Source: a virus. From it: a stretch of 64,000 nucleotides of DNA. Below are positions 10,023 to 20,363 of the stretch, piece by piece. The DNA lies in the IMG/VR virus record IMGVR_UViG_3300042474_001185, positions 15,838-79,837 of that record; one strand, written 5' to 3'. The stretch's first letter is position 1. Every line of letters begins with the position of its first letter. The notes under the pieces are model-generated. The model searched no databases and was not told the origin of the DNA. It saw only the letters and a list, made by a program, of their open reading frames with translations. The translations under genes and the position numbers were made by a program.

Positions 10023-10256
10023 ATGACAAACCCAAATTTAAAATCATCAATAACAAAAAAAGGAAGATATGTTTCTCAAATACTTCATTTTATCAATGGA
10101 GAGAAAAGAACGTTTGAGGGAGTTGATTCATATTCAATTAAGCAAGGTCAATTTACTAAGTTTGAAACCATAGATGGAAGATTAGTGATGGTAAATGATA
10201 AAAATATACTTTGTATTGAAATAATAGGACAAGAAAATTCAGAAATTAAAAAATAA
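10023..10256 (+). CDS. hypothetical protein
   Basis: 77 aa ORF within the operon. Confidence 0.65.
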   Translation: MTNPNLKSSITKKGRYVSQILHFINGEKRTFEGVDSYSIKQGQFTKFETIDGRLVMVNDKNILCIEIIGQENSEIKK

Positions 10257-10262
10257 TTAATT

Positions 10263-10895
10263 ATGCCAATGTTACACAATCCGTACAAAATCGTTAGAAT
10301 GTTTGAAGAAGAAATAGCAGCTTATACGGGAGCTCCTTACGCTATTTCGGTTGATAGTTGCACTAATGCACTATTCTTAATGTGTAAGTACTTAGAAGTT
10401 AAAGAGGTAACCATTCCATCTAAAACTTATTTATCAGTACCGCAATCAATTATACACGCTGGTGGTGAAGTTATCTTTGATAAAAGACCTGAAACAAATC
10501 ATTGGGTGGGTGCATATCAATTAAAACCATATCCAATTTGGGATGCGGCTAAAAGATTAACAAAAGGTATGTATCAACCTGGAACTTATATGGGATTATC
10601 ATTCCATATTAAAAAGCAATTACCAATTTGGAAAGGTGGTATGATTCTAACTGATGATGCTAAAGCAGCTGAATGGTTTAAGAAAGCTCGTTACGAAGGT
10701 AGAAGTGAGAAGTATTACAAAGATGATAATATTGAGTTTTGTGGTTGGAATATGTATATGACTCCACAGCAAGCGGCGCAAGGATTAGCAATGTTTCAAA
10801 ACTATCCTGAACATAATGCAGATTTGGGTGAATTGAATGGTTATAGAGATTTAACTGAGTTCACTGTTTTTAAAAATAATAAAGTAATCGAATAA
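10263..10895 (+). CDS. short DegT/DnrJ/EryC1/StrS-type PLP sugar aminotransferase
   Basis: FEEEIAAYTGAPYAISVDSCTNAL, WDAA, SFHIKK, GGMILTDD, GWNMYM. Confidence 0.8.
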   Translation: MPMLHNPYKIVRMFEEEIAAYTGAPYAISVDSCTNALFLMCKYLEVKEVTIPSKTYLSVPQSIIHAGGEVIFDKRPETNHWVGAYQLKPYPIWDAAKRLTKGMYQPGTYMGLSFHIKKQLPIWKGGMILTDDAKAAEWFKKARYEGRSEKYYKDDNIEFCGWNMYMTPQQAAQGLAMFQNYPEHNADLGELNGYRDLTEFTVFKNNKVIE

Positions 10896-10896
10896 T

Positions 10897-11115
10897 ATGG
10901 AATTGTTACAAATAATAAATAAAGTATTGGAAAACAATGGTTACCAAACAATATCAGACTTAAATGATGATATGAATTTAAAAAATGATATTGGATTTGA
11001 TAGCTTTATGTTAGCTGAATTGACAGTTGAAATTGAAGAAGCTTGTAATATTGATATTTTCAAAGATAGCTTGATTTTTACTATTGGTGATATTAAAAAG
11101 AAGCTAAATGGATAA
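10897..11115 (+). CDS. acyl carrier protein
   Basis: 72 aa, acidic, DIGFDSFMLAEL phosphopantetheine site and TIGDI. Confidence 0.85.
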   Translation: MELLQIINKVLENNGYQTISDLNDDMNLKNDIGFDSFMLAELTVEIEEACNIDIFKDSLIFTIGDIKKKLNG

Positions 11116-12208
11116 TATATTTTTTATAGATGAGAATGTGATAACCTACGCACAACTAATTTCAGAATTAAATGAGCCAAACACTATTTGCAATCTATCG
11201 GAAATAGAAAAATCAATTATTAATGTAATTAGAGCATTAATTTCAGATACTATAATTGATTATAATCATTTAATTGAAAATATAAAAACAACAAATAGTA
11301 TAATACAATTAAAAACATCTGGAACAACTGCAGAACCAAAGACTATTAATCATACCTTTGAAAGTATCACACGTAATATAAAAGTTTCTAATAATAGAAT
11401 TGATGATGTTTGGGGGTTTACATACAATCCAACAAAAATGGCAGGGTATCAAGTATTATTTCAATCAATATTAAATAAAAATACTTTAGTTAATTTGTTT
11501 AAATGCAGTTATACAAATACATCCAATAGAATAAAAAAATATAATATAACTCATATATCAGCAACTCCAACATTTTATAAAATTTTAACATCTGAAAAAA
11601 TAACATATCCAAATGTAAAACATATATCATTAGGAGGTGAGGGCTCTAATGGTGAATTTCAAAATAAATTAAAAGTAAGTTTTCCAAATGCAAGAATAAA
11701 AAATATATATGCATCAACTGAAGTTAGTTCTTTATTTGCAACAGAAGGTGATACTTTTAAAATACCTGCGAAATATAAAAATTTAATACGATTTAATTCT
11801 GGTAAATTAATTGTACATAAAAGTTTAGTTGGTAGTTCGGATAATATAGTTTTTGATGGTGATTGGTATGATACTGGTGATTTGATTGAATTAATTGATG
11901 CTAGTACTTTTAAAATAATTGGACGTGATGGATTTTTAGTAAATGTGGGCGGATACCAAATCAATCCAATATACATTGAACAAAAGATAACAGAATTGGA
12001 TTATGTTAAATTGTGTAAAGTATATTCAAAATCAAATTCACTTCTTGGCAACATTATAATTTGTGATTTGGTATTATTTAATGATGTTAGTATATTTGAA
12101 ATAAAAACTGATATGAAAACTATTTTAAATGAGTATGAGATACCAGCAAAGATAAACATAGTTGATGAAATAATAATAAATGAAAATGGAAAAATCTCAA
12201 GAAAATAA
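11108..12208 (+). CDS. AMP-binding (ANL family) acyl-CoA/acyl-ACP ligase
   Basis: TSGTTAEPK, YASTE, WYDTGD, GR and GKISR motifs. Confidence 0.85.
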   Translation: MDNIFFIDENVITYAQLISELNEPNTICNLSEIEKSIINVIRALISDTIIDYNHLIENIKTTNSIIQLKTSGTTAEPKTINHTFESITRNIKVSNNRIDDVWGFTYNPTKMAGYQVLFQSILNKNTLVNLFKCSYTNTSNRIKKYNITHISATPTFYKILTSEKITYPNVKHISLGGEGSNGEFQNKLKVSFPNARIKNIYASTEVSSLFATEGDTFKIPAKYKNLIRFNSGKLIVHKSLVGSSDNIVFDGDWYDTGDLIELIDASTFKIIGRDGFLVNVGGYQINPIYIEQKITELDYVKLCKVYSKSNSLLGNIIICDLVLFNDVSIFEIKTDMKTILNEYEIPAKINIVDEIIINENGKISRK

Positions 12209-12911
12209 AAATATTTTAATAACTGGAATTTCTAAAGGTCTTGGATTTGAAATTTCTAAATTGTTATTATCTAAATCATATAATGTATATGGTTTGGGTA
12301 GAAATTCCAATTCTGAATTAGAAAAATTTGATAACTTCAAATTTATTAATATCGATTTAGTAAATATTGACACATTGGAATCCGACCTAAAAAATTTAAT
12401 CGGAAATACTATAAAATTGCATGGATTTGTAAATAACGCAGCAGTTGCATATGATGATATTATTACTAATATGAATTTGGATAGGTTAGAAAGTATGTAC
12501 AAAGTAAATGTATTCTCACCATTATTAATAACTAAATTTGCTATTAGAAATATGATATACAATAAAGTTGCCGGTTGTATTATACACATATCAAGTATAA
12601 GTGTACATACTGGTTACAATGGATTGTCTATGTACGCATCAAGTAAAGGCGCATTAGAGGCATTTTCAAAAAATACTGCTAGGGAGTGGGGACGGAAAGG
12701 AATTCGTTCAAATTGTATTGTTGCTGGTTTTATGGAAACTGATATGAGTAGTACATTAACGGACGAGCAAAAAGATAGAATATATAATAGAACATCCTTA
12801 AAGAAACCAACTAACAAACAGTCGGTGGCCAGTACAGTAGAATTTTTATTATCAGATAATTCTTATTCAATAACAGGTCAACTAATAAATGTAGATAACG
12901 GAACTATATAA
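12180..12911 (+). CDS. short-chain dehydrogenase/reductase, FabG-like
   Basis: TGISKGLG, NNAA, YASSK, GFMETDM, ITGQLINVDNG. Confidence 0.9.
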   Translation: MKMEKSQENKNILITGISKGLGFEISKLLLSKSYNVYGLGRNSNSELEKFDNFKFINIDLVNIDTLESDLKNLIGNTIKLHGFVNNAAVAYDDIITNMNLDRLESMYKVNVFSPLLITKFAIRNMIYNKVAGCIIHISSISVHTGYNGLSMYASSKGALEAFSKNTAREWGRKGIRSNCIVAGFMETDMSSTLTDEQKDRIYNRTSLKKPTNKQSVASTVEFLLSDNSYSITGQLINVDNGTI

Positions 12912-12912
12912 T

Positions 12913-13686
12913 ATGCAAACTATAAAAATAAACGATTCAAATTATATTTCATTTGATAATACTGAATGGAATTCTAGAGCATTGGGCTATCTTACCAATG
13001 AAATATATGATATACAATTTGATTCAATAGAATTGGCAAATGAATTATTTAATCAATTTGAAACTAATTGCTTAAATAACAATATAGTATATACTTCACT
13101 AAGAATTAATCCAGACTCTAAAATTAAAAAAGAAATATTAGAAAGATTTGGATTTATCAATGTTGAAACTAGTATTCTAGTCAATGGTTCTTTAAAAAAT
13201 GTAAAAGAAAATAAAATACTGAGTAAGTTTAAATTTACATTACGAAAGTGTGAAGATACTGATGTTAATACTGTCAAACAAATAGCATCAAATGATTTTA
13301 ATCATGGTAGATTTTTTGAAGACCATATGATTGATGCCGATGTTGCCAAATTGAGAAATTCAAATTGGATAGATGATTTAAGAAAAAAATCAAAAGTATT
13401 AGTTGGTGAATATGATGGGATTGTTTTTGGATTTATGGCACTCAAAACTAATAATCTTATTGTTAATTTGGAATTGGGTGGTGTTGATTCCAAATATTCT
13501 CATCTAGCTTATTCATTTTGGTATAAAATTTTTGAGTATCTAAAGAATGAAAACAACTTAAGTGTGAACGCATTAATTAGTGCACATAATATTAGTGTAA
13601 TAAATTTGTATTCTTTTTTTGATTTTAAATTTAAAGAATCGTACATAGGATACAGAAAATTAAGAAAAACAAATTTTAAATTATAA
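12913..13686 (+). CDS. GNAT acyltransferase, WecD/RffC-like
   Basis: TEWNSRALG, HGRFFED and C-terminal ISAHNISVINLY GNAT motif. Confidence 0.6.
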   Translation: MQTIKINDSNYISFDNTEWNSRALGYLTNEIYDIQFDSIELANELFNQFETNCLNNNIVYTSLRINPDSKIKKEILERFGFINVETSILVNGSLKNVKENKILSKFKFTLRKCEDTDVNTVKQIASNDFNHGRFFEDHMIDADVAKLRNSNWIDDLRKKSKVLVGEYDGIVFGFMALKTNNLIVNLELGGVDSKYSHLAYSFWYKIFEYLKNENNLSVNALISAHNISVINLYSFFDFKFKESYIGYRKLRKTNFKL

Positions 13687-13689
13687 ATT

Positions 13690-14775
13690 ATGCAAAACGA
13701 AGAATGTGATATTTTGTATGTTAGTGGTATTTTTGATTATGGTGAATCTGTTAGCGGTAGTTATATATTGTACAAAATACTTAAAAAACTTAATTTTACT
13801 TTAAAAGTATTACCAATGTTTGATGGTACAAATCACCCCATTGATACCAAAGACTTTTTACCTTATATTCACCCATATACACAAAACGCTTTAGAAGTAC
13901 TTTTAAATACAATACCAAACCATAAAATATTAATAGCATCGGGTAACGATTTTAATGTTGAGTTAATTGAGTATATATGTAAAAAATTTGACAGCAAATT
14001 TGTACTTATAACAGGTACACATTGGATGTATGGTAATAATAGTGAGTATCCTGAATTAGATGGTGCATTTTATGGTGATGTGATTAGTAAGAGAGCTGAA
14101 ATATATAAATCCATACATTCTTATTTAATTCCCGGCTCAACTCATTCTGTAAATGTACATAATCAAAGTTTACTAAAAGATATACCATATGAATTGATAC
14201 CATTTCCATTTGATGAAATTGAAATTGACGATTCTCCAAAAAATCAGCAAACTAAAAAAGTAATACTATGGGGAACAACTCAACCAAATCAACCTAGAAA
14301 AGGAAAAGATTATTTTGAAAATATATTAGAATGGTTATATAAAAAAGTTGATAATCCAGAAGAAATTCTTATAAAAACGATAGGTCCTAAAGCAGAATTA
14401 AAAACTAAATTTAACGTTGAATATTTAGGAGTTATTCCGAATAGAACTGAATTATCAAAAATTTATAAAAATGTAAAAGTGTTTGCATTAACAACAATCG
14501 CTGATGCTGGTCCTATGATGGCTACGGAATGTGTTAAAAATAGTACACCCTTAGTATCCTTTTCAACTAACATAGCAGCTGATTTTGTAAAAGATGGTAA
14601 AAATGGTTATATAGTAAATGGTACTGAAGAATATGCGGACAGACTTATAGATATTTTATACAACGATAAATTTCACATAGATTTGGATTATGTAAAACAA
14701 TTTAATTCAGAAGAAATTGTTGTAAACAAATATAATAACTTTTTTAAAAAAATTATAAATGATAACATTTCATAA
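13690..14775 (+). CDS. GT4-like glycosyltransferase
   Basis: PRKG, DAGPMMATE, DFVKDGKNGYIV. Confidence 0.75.
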   Translation: MQNEECDILYVSGIFDYGESVSGSYILYKILKKLNFTLKVLPMFDGTNHPIDTKDFLPYIHPYTQNALEVLLNTIPNHKILIASGNDFNVELIEYICKKFDSKFVLITGTHWMYGNNSEYPELDGAFYGDVISKRAEIYKSIHSYLIPGSTHSVNVHNQSLLKDIPYELIPFPFDEIEIDDSPKNQQTKKVILWGTTQPNQPRKGKDYFENILEWLYKKVDNPEEILIKTIGPKAELKTKFNVEYLGVIPNRTELSKIYKNVKVFALTTIADAGPMMATECVKNSTPLVSFSTNIAADFVKDGKNGYIVNGTEEYADRLIDILYNDKFHIDLDYVKQFNSEEIVVNKYNNFFKKIINDNIS

Positions 14776-15616
14776 ATTGGGAGAGTTAGGAAGATTGGGA
14801 AATCAATTGTTCCAATATGCAGCGTTAAAGGGATTGGCATTAAAAAATGGATATGAAGTAAAAATACCAAATCCACAAACAATGAGCTGGCATGGACAAA
14901 CTTCTTTGTTAGATAAATTTAATATTGAGTGTGAATATGCTACTCAAGATGATATGAATACCTTACAAAATTTATATGAAGAGCCAACATGGCAAAAGTA
15001 TGATGATAAATTCTTTAATGTTCCAGACAATACAACATTACAAGGATTCTTTCAAAGTACATTTTATTTTGAGCACATTGAATCTCAAATTAAAAAAGAA
15101 CTTACTCCTAAAGATGAGTATTTAAACAAAGGTAAAGAATACATTCAATCTTTGAAAGATGAGCATAATTGTGAAATAGTAAGTGTGCATGTTAGACGTG
15201 GTGATAATATGACAAACGGACAAACTGAACTTATACAGGCATTTGAACCCGGTGGTTTATATGAACAATATTTTACAAATGCTAAAAAAGTGTTTGACGG
15301 TAAAAAAATGAAGTTTTTAATATTCACCGGTGGTCAAAGATTTAATGAAGATAATTCAACTGATGTGGAGTGGTGCAAGAACTTCTTTAAGGGAGATGAG
15401 TTTTTGTTTTCAGAAGGTCAAACACAAATAGATGATTTTTGCAGAATTATGTTATGTGACCATAATATACTTTCGCATGCTAGTAGTTTTGGATGGTGGG
15501 CAGCATATATAAACCCAAATCCAAATAAAATAGTAGTTGCACCGGAATATTACTCACCGGATTCTCCAACTTTAAAAAGAGAAAAATTTTATCCAAAAGA
15601 ATACATTTTAAAATAA
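14759..15616 (+). CDS. GT11 alpha-1,2-fucosyltransferase-like
   Basis: GRLGNQLFQYA, GFFQS, SVHVRRGD, SSFGWWAA. Confidence 0.9.
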   Translation: MITFHKLGELGRLGNQLFQYAALKGLALKNGYEVKIPNPQTMSWHGQTSLLDKFNIECEYATQDDMNTLQNLYEEPTWQKYDDKFFNVPDNTTLQGFFQSTFYFEHIESQIKKELTPKDEYLNKGKEYIQSLKDEHNCEIVSVHVRRGDNMTNGQTELIQAFEPGGLYEQYFTNAKKVFDGKKMKFLIFTGGQRFNEDNSTDVEWCKNFFKGDEFLFSEGQTQIDDFCRIMLCDHNILSHASSFGWWAAYINPNPNKIVVAPEYYSPDSPTLKREKFYPKEYILK

Positions 15617-15621
15617 ATAAT

Positions 15622-16323
15622 ATGAATTTAATATTTGACATCGGCTTTAATGTTGGGGAGTTTACACAAACTTGTTTCAACAAATACAAAAATTGTAATG
15701 TAATAGCTGTAGAGGCTAATCCAACACTGTGTAATTCAGTATCACAACACTTTTTTACAAATTACAATTTTACATTACATAATAATTTAGTTTCACATAC
15801 AGAAGGGGAAGAAATTGATTTTTATGTATCCCCATATGCAACCGGAGTGTCTACCGCTTCTACTGAATTTATGCAAAACTCTAGATTTACAAAAGGTAGT
15901 AAACATCTTCCTGAAAATTCTATTAAATGGAACGAACCAATTAAAATACAATCAATAACAATTGATAGTATGATTGAAAGATATGGTATGCCTGATTTAA
16001 TTAAAATAGATGTTGAGGGATACGAGTATAATGTATTAAGTGGATTAACTCAAAAAGCTAATGATATTTGCTTTGAATGGCATGAGGAAGAAAGTGAAAG
16101 TTTGTATAAAATATTACAACACTTACAAAATATAGGATATACTCAATTTGGAGTAATTGGTTGGTTTGATGAAGGTGATGTTTTTCCAAAAGCAACATTT
16201 TCAGATAAAGGTGACCCATACTTAGAATATCCTAAAAACTTTTATACTTTAGATGAATTAGAATTGGATAGACTATTAAATCCAACACGTAGGATAAATT
16301 ACGGAATGTTTTTTGCAAAATAA
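15622..16323 (+). CDS. FkbM-family methyltransferase
   Basis: FDIGFNVG, AVEANP, IKIDVEGYE. Confidence 0.9.
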   Translation: MNLIFDIGFNVGEFTQTCFNKYKNCNVIAVEANPTLCNSVSQHFFTNYNFTLHNNLVSHTEGEEIDFYVSPYATGVSTASTEFMQNSRFTKGSKHLPENSIKWNEPIKIQSITIDSMIERYGMPDLIKIDVEGYEYNVLSGLTQKANDICFEWHEEESESLYKILQHLQNIGYTQFGVIGWFDEGDVFPKATFSDKGDPYLEYPKNFYTLDELELDRLLNPTRRINYGMFFAK

Positions 16324-16329
16324 AAAATT

Positions 16330-17283
16330 ATGAATATAGAACAATTTAAAAACAAAAAGATTTTAATCACCGGAGCTAGTGGTTTCGTTGGTAAAAATTT
16401 AGTAGAAGAACTACAATCAAAAGGATTTACGAATCTTTTAACACCAACATCAACTGAAGCTGATTTGACTGTTGAGGCCGATGTAAAAAAGTACTTTGAG
16501 GAAAACAAACCTGAAGTTGTATTACACATAGCTGGTTTGGTTGGTGGAATTGCTGCTAATAAAGCAAGACCGGGTGATTTCTTTTATAAGAACGCAATGA
16601 TGAGTGTATTAATCAATCATTACTCTTATATCAATGGTGTTGAGAAATTAGTATCATTAGCAGCAGGATGTGGATATCCAAAAGATATTCCTGTACCATT
16701 TTCAGAAGATGACTTTTGGAACGGATTGCCTGATATGAATTCGTATGGTTATTCATTAGCTAAGAAAAACTTAGTAATTGGTGGATGGGCATATAGAGAG
16801 CAATATGGTTTCAATACAACGGTATTATTACCAGCTAATCTTTACGGACCTTATGATAACTTTCATTTAGAAAATTCGCATGTAATTCCTGCATTGATTA
16901 GAAAGTTCATCGCAGCTAAAGAATCAAATTCACCAACCGTTGAAGTTTGGGGAACTGGTGTAGCAACTAGAGAATTTTTATATGTTGGTGATACTGTTAA
17001 AGCAATCATAGATGCTATGGCTTGTAATGAAACAGGTCCTTTCAATTTAGGAACTGGTGTGGAAACATCCATTAAAGAATTGAATGAAGCTATTGCTAAA
17101 TTGGTAGGATATGAAGGTGAGATTGTTTGGGATACAACTAGACCAGATGGACAACCTAAGAGATTCTACGATATGAGTAAGTTCAAAGAAACATTTGGTT
17201 ATGTACCAAACACAACTTTAGAAGATGGATTGAGAGAAACAATTGAGTGGTATTCAAACAACAAAGAAACAGCAAGATTATAA
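16330..17283 (+). CDS. fcl: GDP-L-fucose synthase-like (WcaG/Fcl)
   Basis: GASGFVG, VGGIAAN, YSLAK, PANLYGPYDNF, SHVIPALIRK, WGTGVATREFLYV, RPDGQP. Confidence 0.88.
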   Translation: MNIEQFKNKKILITGASGFVGKNLVEELQSKGFTNLLTPTSTEADLTVEADVKKYFEENKPEVVLHIAGLVGGIAANKARPGDFFYKNAMMSVLINHYSYINGVEKLVSLAAGCGYPKDIPVPFSEDDFWNGLPDMNSYGYSLAKKNLVIGGWAYREQYGFNTTVLLPANLYGPYDNFHLENSHVIPALIRKFIAAKESNSPTVEVWGTGVATREFLYVGDTVKAIIDAMACNETGPFNLGTGVETSIKELNEAIAKLVGYEGEIVWDTTRPDGQPKRFYDMSKFKETFGYVPNTTLEDGLRETIEWYSNNKETARL

Positions 17284-18257
17284 TGAAAAAAATATTAGTT
17301 ACAGGCGGTGCCGGATTCATAGGTTCTCATTTAGTTAAGAGATTAGTTAAGCAAGGACATGACATTACGGTAATTGATAATTTGGAAAGAGGTAAGATAG
17401 AATTTTTATCAGATATTATTACTGATATTAAAATGGTTCATACTGATTTAACTGATTATGATGAATGTAGTAGATATTTTATTGGTAAAGATATGGTAAT
17501 TCACTTAGCATCTAAAGTGGGTGGTATTGGTACTTACCTATCCAAACCATATGATGTGATGAACTCAAATATGAAAATGGATAGTAATGTATTGAGGGGT
17601 ATCATTGAAAACAAAATAGATACATACTTCTACGCATCATCGGCACACATTTATCCAAAGGAATTACAAACACTAGCAGATTCTCCAATGATTAAAGAAT
17701 CAGATGCTTACCCAGCTAATCCTGAACTATCATATGGTTGGGCAAAGTTGATTGGTGAGAAAGCAATTGAATCAGCAGTAGTTGAGAATGACTGGATGAA
17801 AGTAGCAATAGCAAGATTCATTGGCATCTACGGACCAAATCAGGACTTTAAGTTAGAGAGTGGTTCGGTTATTCCTGTATTCTCACATAGAGCAATCAAA
17901 TATCCTGAAGTAGCATTTAGTGTATGGGGAACTGGAAAGGAAACTCGTTCTTATTGTTTCATTGATGATGCATTAGATTGTATTGAGAAGATGATTAAAG
18001 CAATGGATACTAAACAAATCGTTGGACCATATAATGTTGGTAAGGGTGAAAGATGTACCATTGAAGATATAGCAAACACTGTTGTTGAGATTAGTGGTAA
18101 GGATATTAACATTGAATGGGATACAACAAAGAACACAGTCATTTGGGGACAATGGTGTGATTGTAGTTTAGCAAAAAAAGAATTAGGTTGGGAAGCACAA
18201 ACATCTTTAAGAGATGGATTAACAATAGTATATAACGATATAAAACAAAGAGTATGA
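17283..18257 (+). CDS. NAD-dependent epimerase, GDP-mannose 3',5'-epimerase-like
   Basis: GGAGFIG, HLASKVGGIG, FYASSA, DAYPANP, YGWAK, VWGTGKETRSYCFIDD; ATG 17283 coupled to the upstream stop. Confidence 0.75.
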   Translation: MKKILVTGGAGFIGSHLVKRLVKQGHDITVIDNLERGKIEFLSDIITDIKMVHTDLTDYDECSRYFIGKDMVIHLASKVGGIGTYLSKPYDVMNSNMKMDSNVLRGIIENKIDTYFYASSAHIYPKELQTLADSPMIKESDAYPANPELSYGWAKLIGEKAIESAVVENDWMKVAIARFIGIYGPNQDFKLESGSVIPVFSHRAIKYPEVAFSVWGTGKETRSYCFIDDALDCIEKMIKAMDTKQIVGPYNVGKGERCTIEDIANTVVEISGKDINIEWDTTKNTVIWGQWCDCSLAKKELGWEAQTSLRDGLTIVYNDIKQRV

Positions 18258-19189
18258 AAGTATTAATTACGGGAGGAGCTGGTTATTTAGGTTCAAATTT
18301 AACTAGACATTTATTAGAGGTAGGTTACTCTGTTACGGTATTGGACAATTTAATGTATGACCAAGTAACTTTATTACATTTATTTGGCAATCCTAAATTT
18401 CAATTTGAATTAGGTGATGTAATAGATAAAAAACTTTTACAAGAGTTAGTAGGATTAAATGATGTGATTATTCCATTAGCAGCAATTGTGGGTATGCCTG
18501 CATGTAAAGCTAATCCGGAATTAACGGTAGCTGTAAATTATCAGCAAGTAGCTGATATTGTTGAGGTATTAAGAGATGACCAAAAATTAATCCTACCTAA
18601 TACTAACTCACAATATGGTTCATCTGATTCAATTATTACGGAAGAATCACCATTCAATCCATTATCACTTTACGCTAAAACTAAATGTGATGCGGAGAAC
18701 ATTATGTTAGAAAATGGAAATGGAGTATCATTAAGATTAGCAACTGTATTTGGTGTATCGCCACGTATGAGAACTGATTTATTAGTAAACGATTTCGTAT
18801 ATAAGAGTGTAGTGGATGGATACTTAGTATTATTTGAAGCACACTTTAAAAGAAACTACATTCATGTTCAGGATATAGCTCGTACATTCCAATTTATTAT
18901 TGAGAATTATGATAAGTGCAAAGGACACGCATTCAATGTAGGTTTATCAACTGCTAACTTAAGCAAATTAGAATTAGCAGAAAAAATTAAATCACACATT
19001 CCATCATTGGTGATTAAGCAAGATGATTTTAAAGAAGATTTTGATAAGAGAAACTATATTGTATCAAATGAGAAGTTAGAATCTTTAGGATGGAAACCAA
19101 TTTATGATTTAGATTACGGAATCAAACAGTTGATATCAGCTTACAAAATAGTAATAAATAAAAACAATCAAAATTTTACAAACCTTTAA
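18254..19189 (+). CDS. NAD-dependent epimerase/dehydratase
   Basis: GGAGYLG, LAAIVG, YAKTK, LRLATVFGVSPRMR. Confidence 0.88.
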   Translation: MKVLITGGAGYLGSNLTRHLLEVGYSVTVLDNLMYDQVTLLHLFGNPKFQFELGDVIDKKLLQELVGLNDVIIPLAAIVGMPACKANPELTVAVNYQQVADIVEVLRDDQKLILPNTNSQYGSSDSIITEESPFNPLSLYAKTKCDAENIMLENGNGVSLRLATVFGVSPRMRTDLLVNDFVYKSVVDGYLVLFEAHFKRNYIHVQDIARTFQFIIENYDKCKGHAFNVGLSTANLSKLELAEKIKSHIPSLVIKQDDFKEDFDKRNYIVSNEKLESLGWKPIYDLDYGIKQLISAYKIVINKNNQNFTNL

Positions 19190-19191
19190 TT

Positions 19192-19596
19192 ATGGCAGAT
19201 AGAAAGTACTTACCAACATTGAGTGAATTAGTAGATAGATTATCTATCGTACAATTGAAAGAAGTGTTTATTGCTGAACACAAAGCAGAATATGCAGAAG
19301 AGATTAACGCAATTGTACATGATATTCAATTATATTTGGATGAGAGTAAAGAACCAATTACAGCAGAAACAATCAGAGCAATTGTAGTGTTATCACAAAT
19401 GAACTTACATATTTGGCATAATGAATCAAACTATCGTAAGGGAATCAAAGATGGTAACAATTTAGAATTAACACACGGATTGAATGGTATCCGTAACGTA
19501 GCTAAGAATAAGATTCAAGAAGTTATGGGTGGTAGAAAGGATTATAAAATTGATTGCTTAGCAGCCGATTTTAAAGATTGGGAAATAAGTTGGTAA
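19192..19596 (+). CDS. helical hypothetical protein
   Basis: ELVDRLSI...NLHIWHNE...NGIRN pattern seen in small helical proteins of glycan clusters. Confidence 0.65.
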   Translation: MADRKYLPTLSELVDRLSIVQLKEVFIAEHKAEYAEEINAIVHDIQLYLDESKEPITAETIRAIVVLSQMNLHIWHNESNYRKGIKDGNNLELTHGLNGIRNVAKNKIQEVMGGRKDYKIDCLAADFKDWEISW

Positions 19597-19607
19597 AATA
19601 AAAATTT

Positions 19608-20363
19608 ATGAAAATATTAGTTATAGGAGATAGTTGTAAAGATGTATTCATCTATGGTACAGCCAATAGGTTGTGTCCTGAAGCTCCTGTGCCTGTATTC
19701 ATTCCTAAAAGAAAAACGGAAACAGGTGGTATGGCAGCTAATGTATATGAGAATATAGAATCACTAAATGTTGAAGTTGATTTGATAACAAATTCAGAAC
19801 CTATCACAAAGACAAGATATGTTGAGGAAAAAACAAATCACCAAATTATTAGAGTTGATTCAGATGCAACAAAATCACAAAGAGTTGAAGGATTGGAACA
19901 TATACCATATTCAAACTATTGTGCCGTAATTATATCAGATTACAACAAAGGGTTTTTGGAGTATGATGATATTGAATACATTTGTTCAAAGCATGATACG
20001 GTATTCATTGATACTAAAAAGATTGTGAATGAAAAAATGTTGGGAGCTAAGTTCATTAAAATAAATGAACATGAGTATGAAAACAATATCGCAGCTGGGC
20101 AATACTTCAAAGAATTCTACGATAAGTTAATTGTAACTATGAGTGGTAAGGGATGCAAGTATATGGAGAAAGAGTTCAATGTTGACGAAGTGGAAGTGAG
20201 AGATAATAGTGGAGCAGGTGATTCATTCATATCAGCATTAACAATTGAATATTGTAGAAGTAAGAATATTGATAAAGCTATTGTGTATGCTAATGAATGT
20301 GCTACAATCGCAGTTCAACACAAAGGAGTAACGAAGGTTGGTAATCATATTAAAATTTACTAA
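19608..20363 (+). CDS. PfkB-family sugar kinase, HldE/RfaE kinase domain (HldA-like)
   Basis: VIGD, RLCPEAPVPV, GMAANV, SDYNKG, DNSGAGDSF. Confidence 0.85.
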   Translation: MKILVIGDSCKDVFIYGTANRLCPEAPVPVFIPKRKTETGGMAANVYENIESLNVEVDLITNSEPITKTRYVEEKTNHQIIRVDSDATKSQRVEGLEHIPYSNYCAVIISDYNKGFLEYDDIEYICSKHDTVFIDTKKIVNEKMLGAKFIKINEHEYENNIAAGQYFKEFYDKLIVTMSGKGCKYMEKEFNVDEVEVRDNSGAGDSFISALTIEYCRSKNIDKAIVYANECATIAVQHKGVTKVGNHIKIY

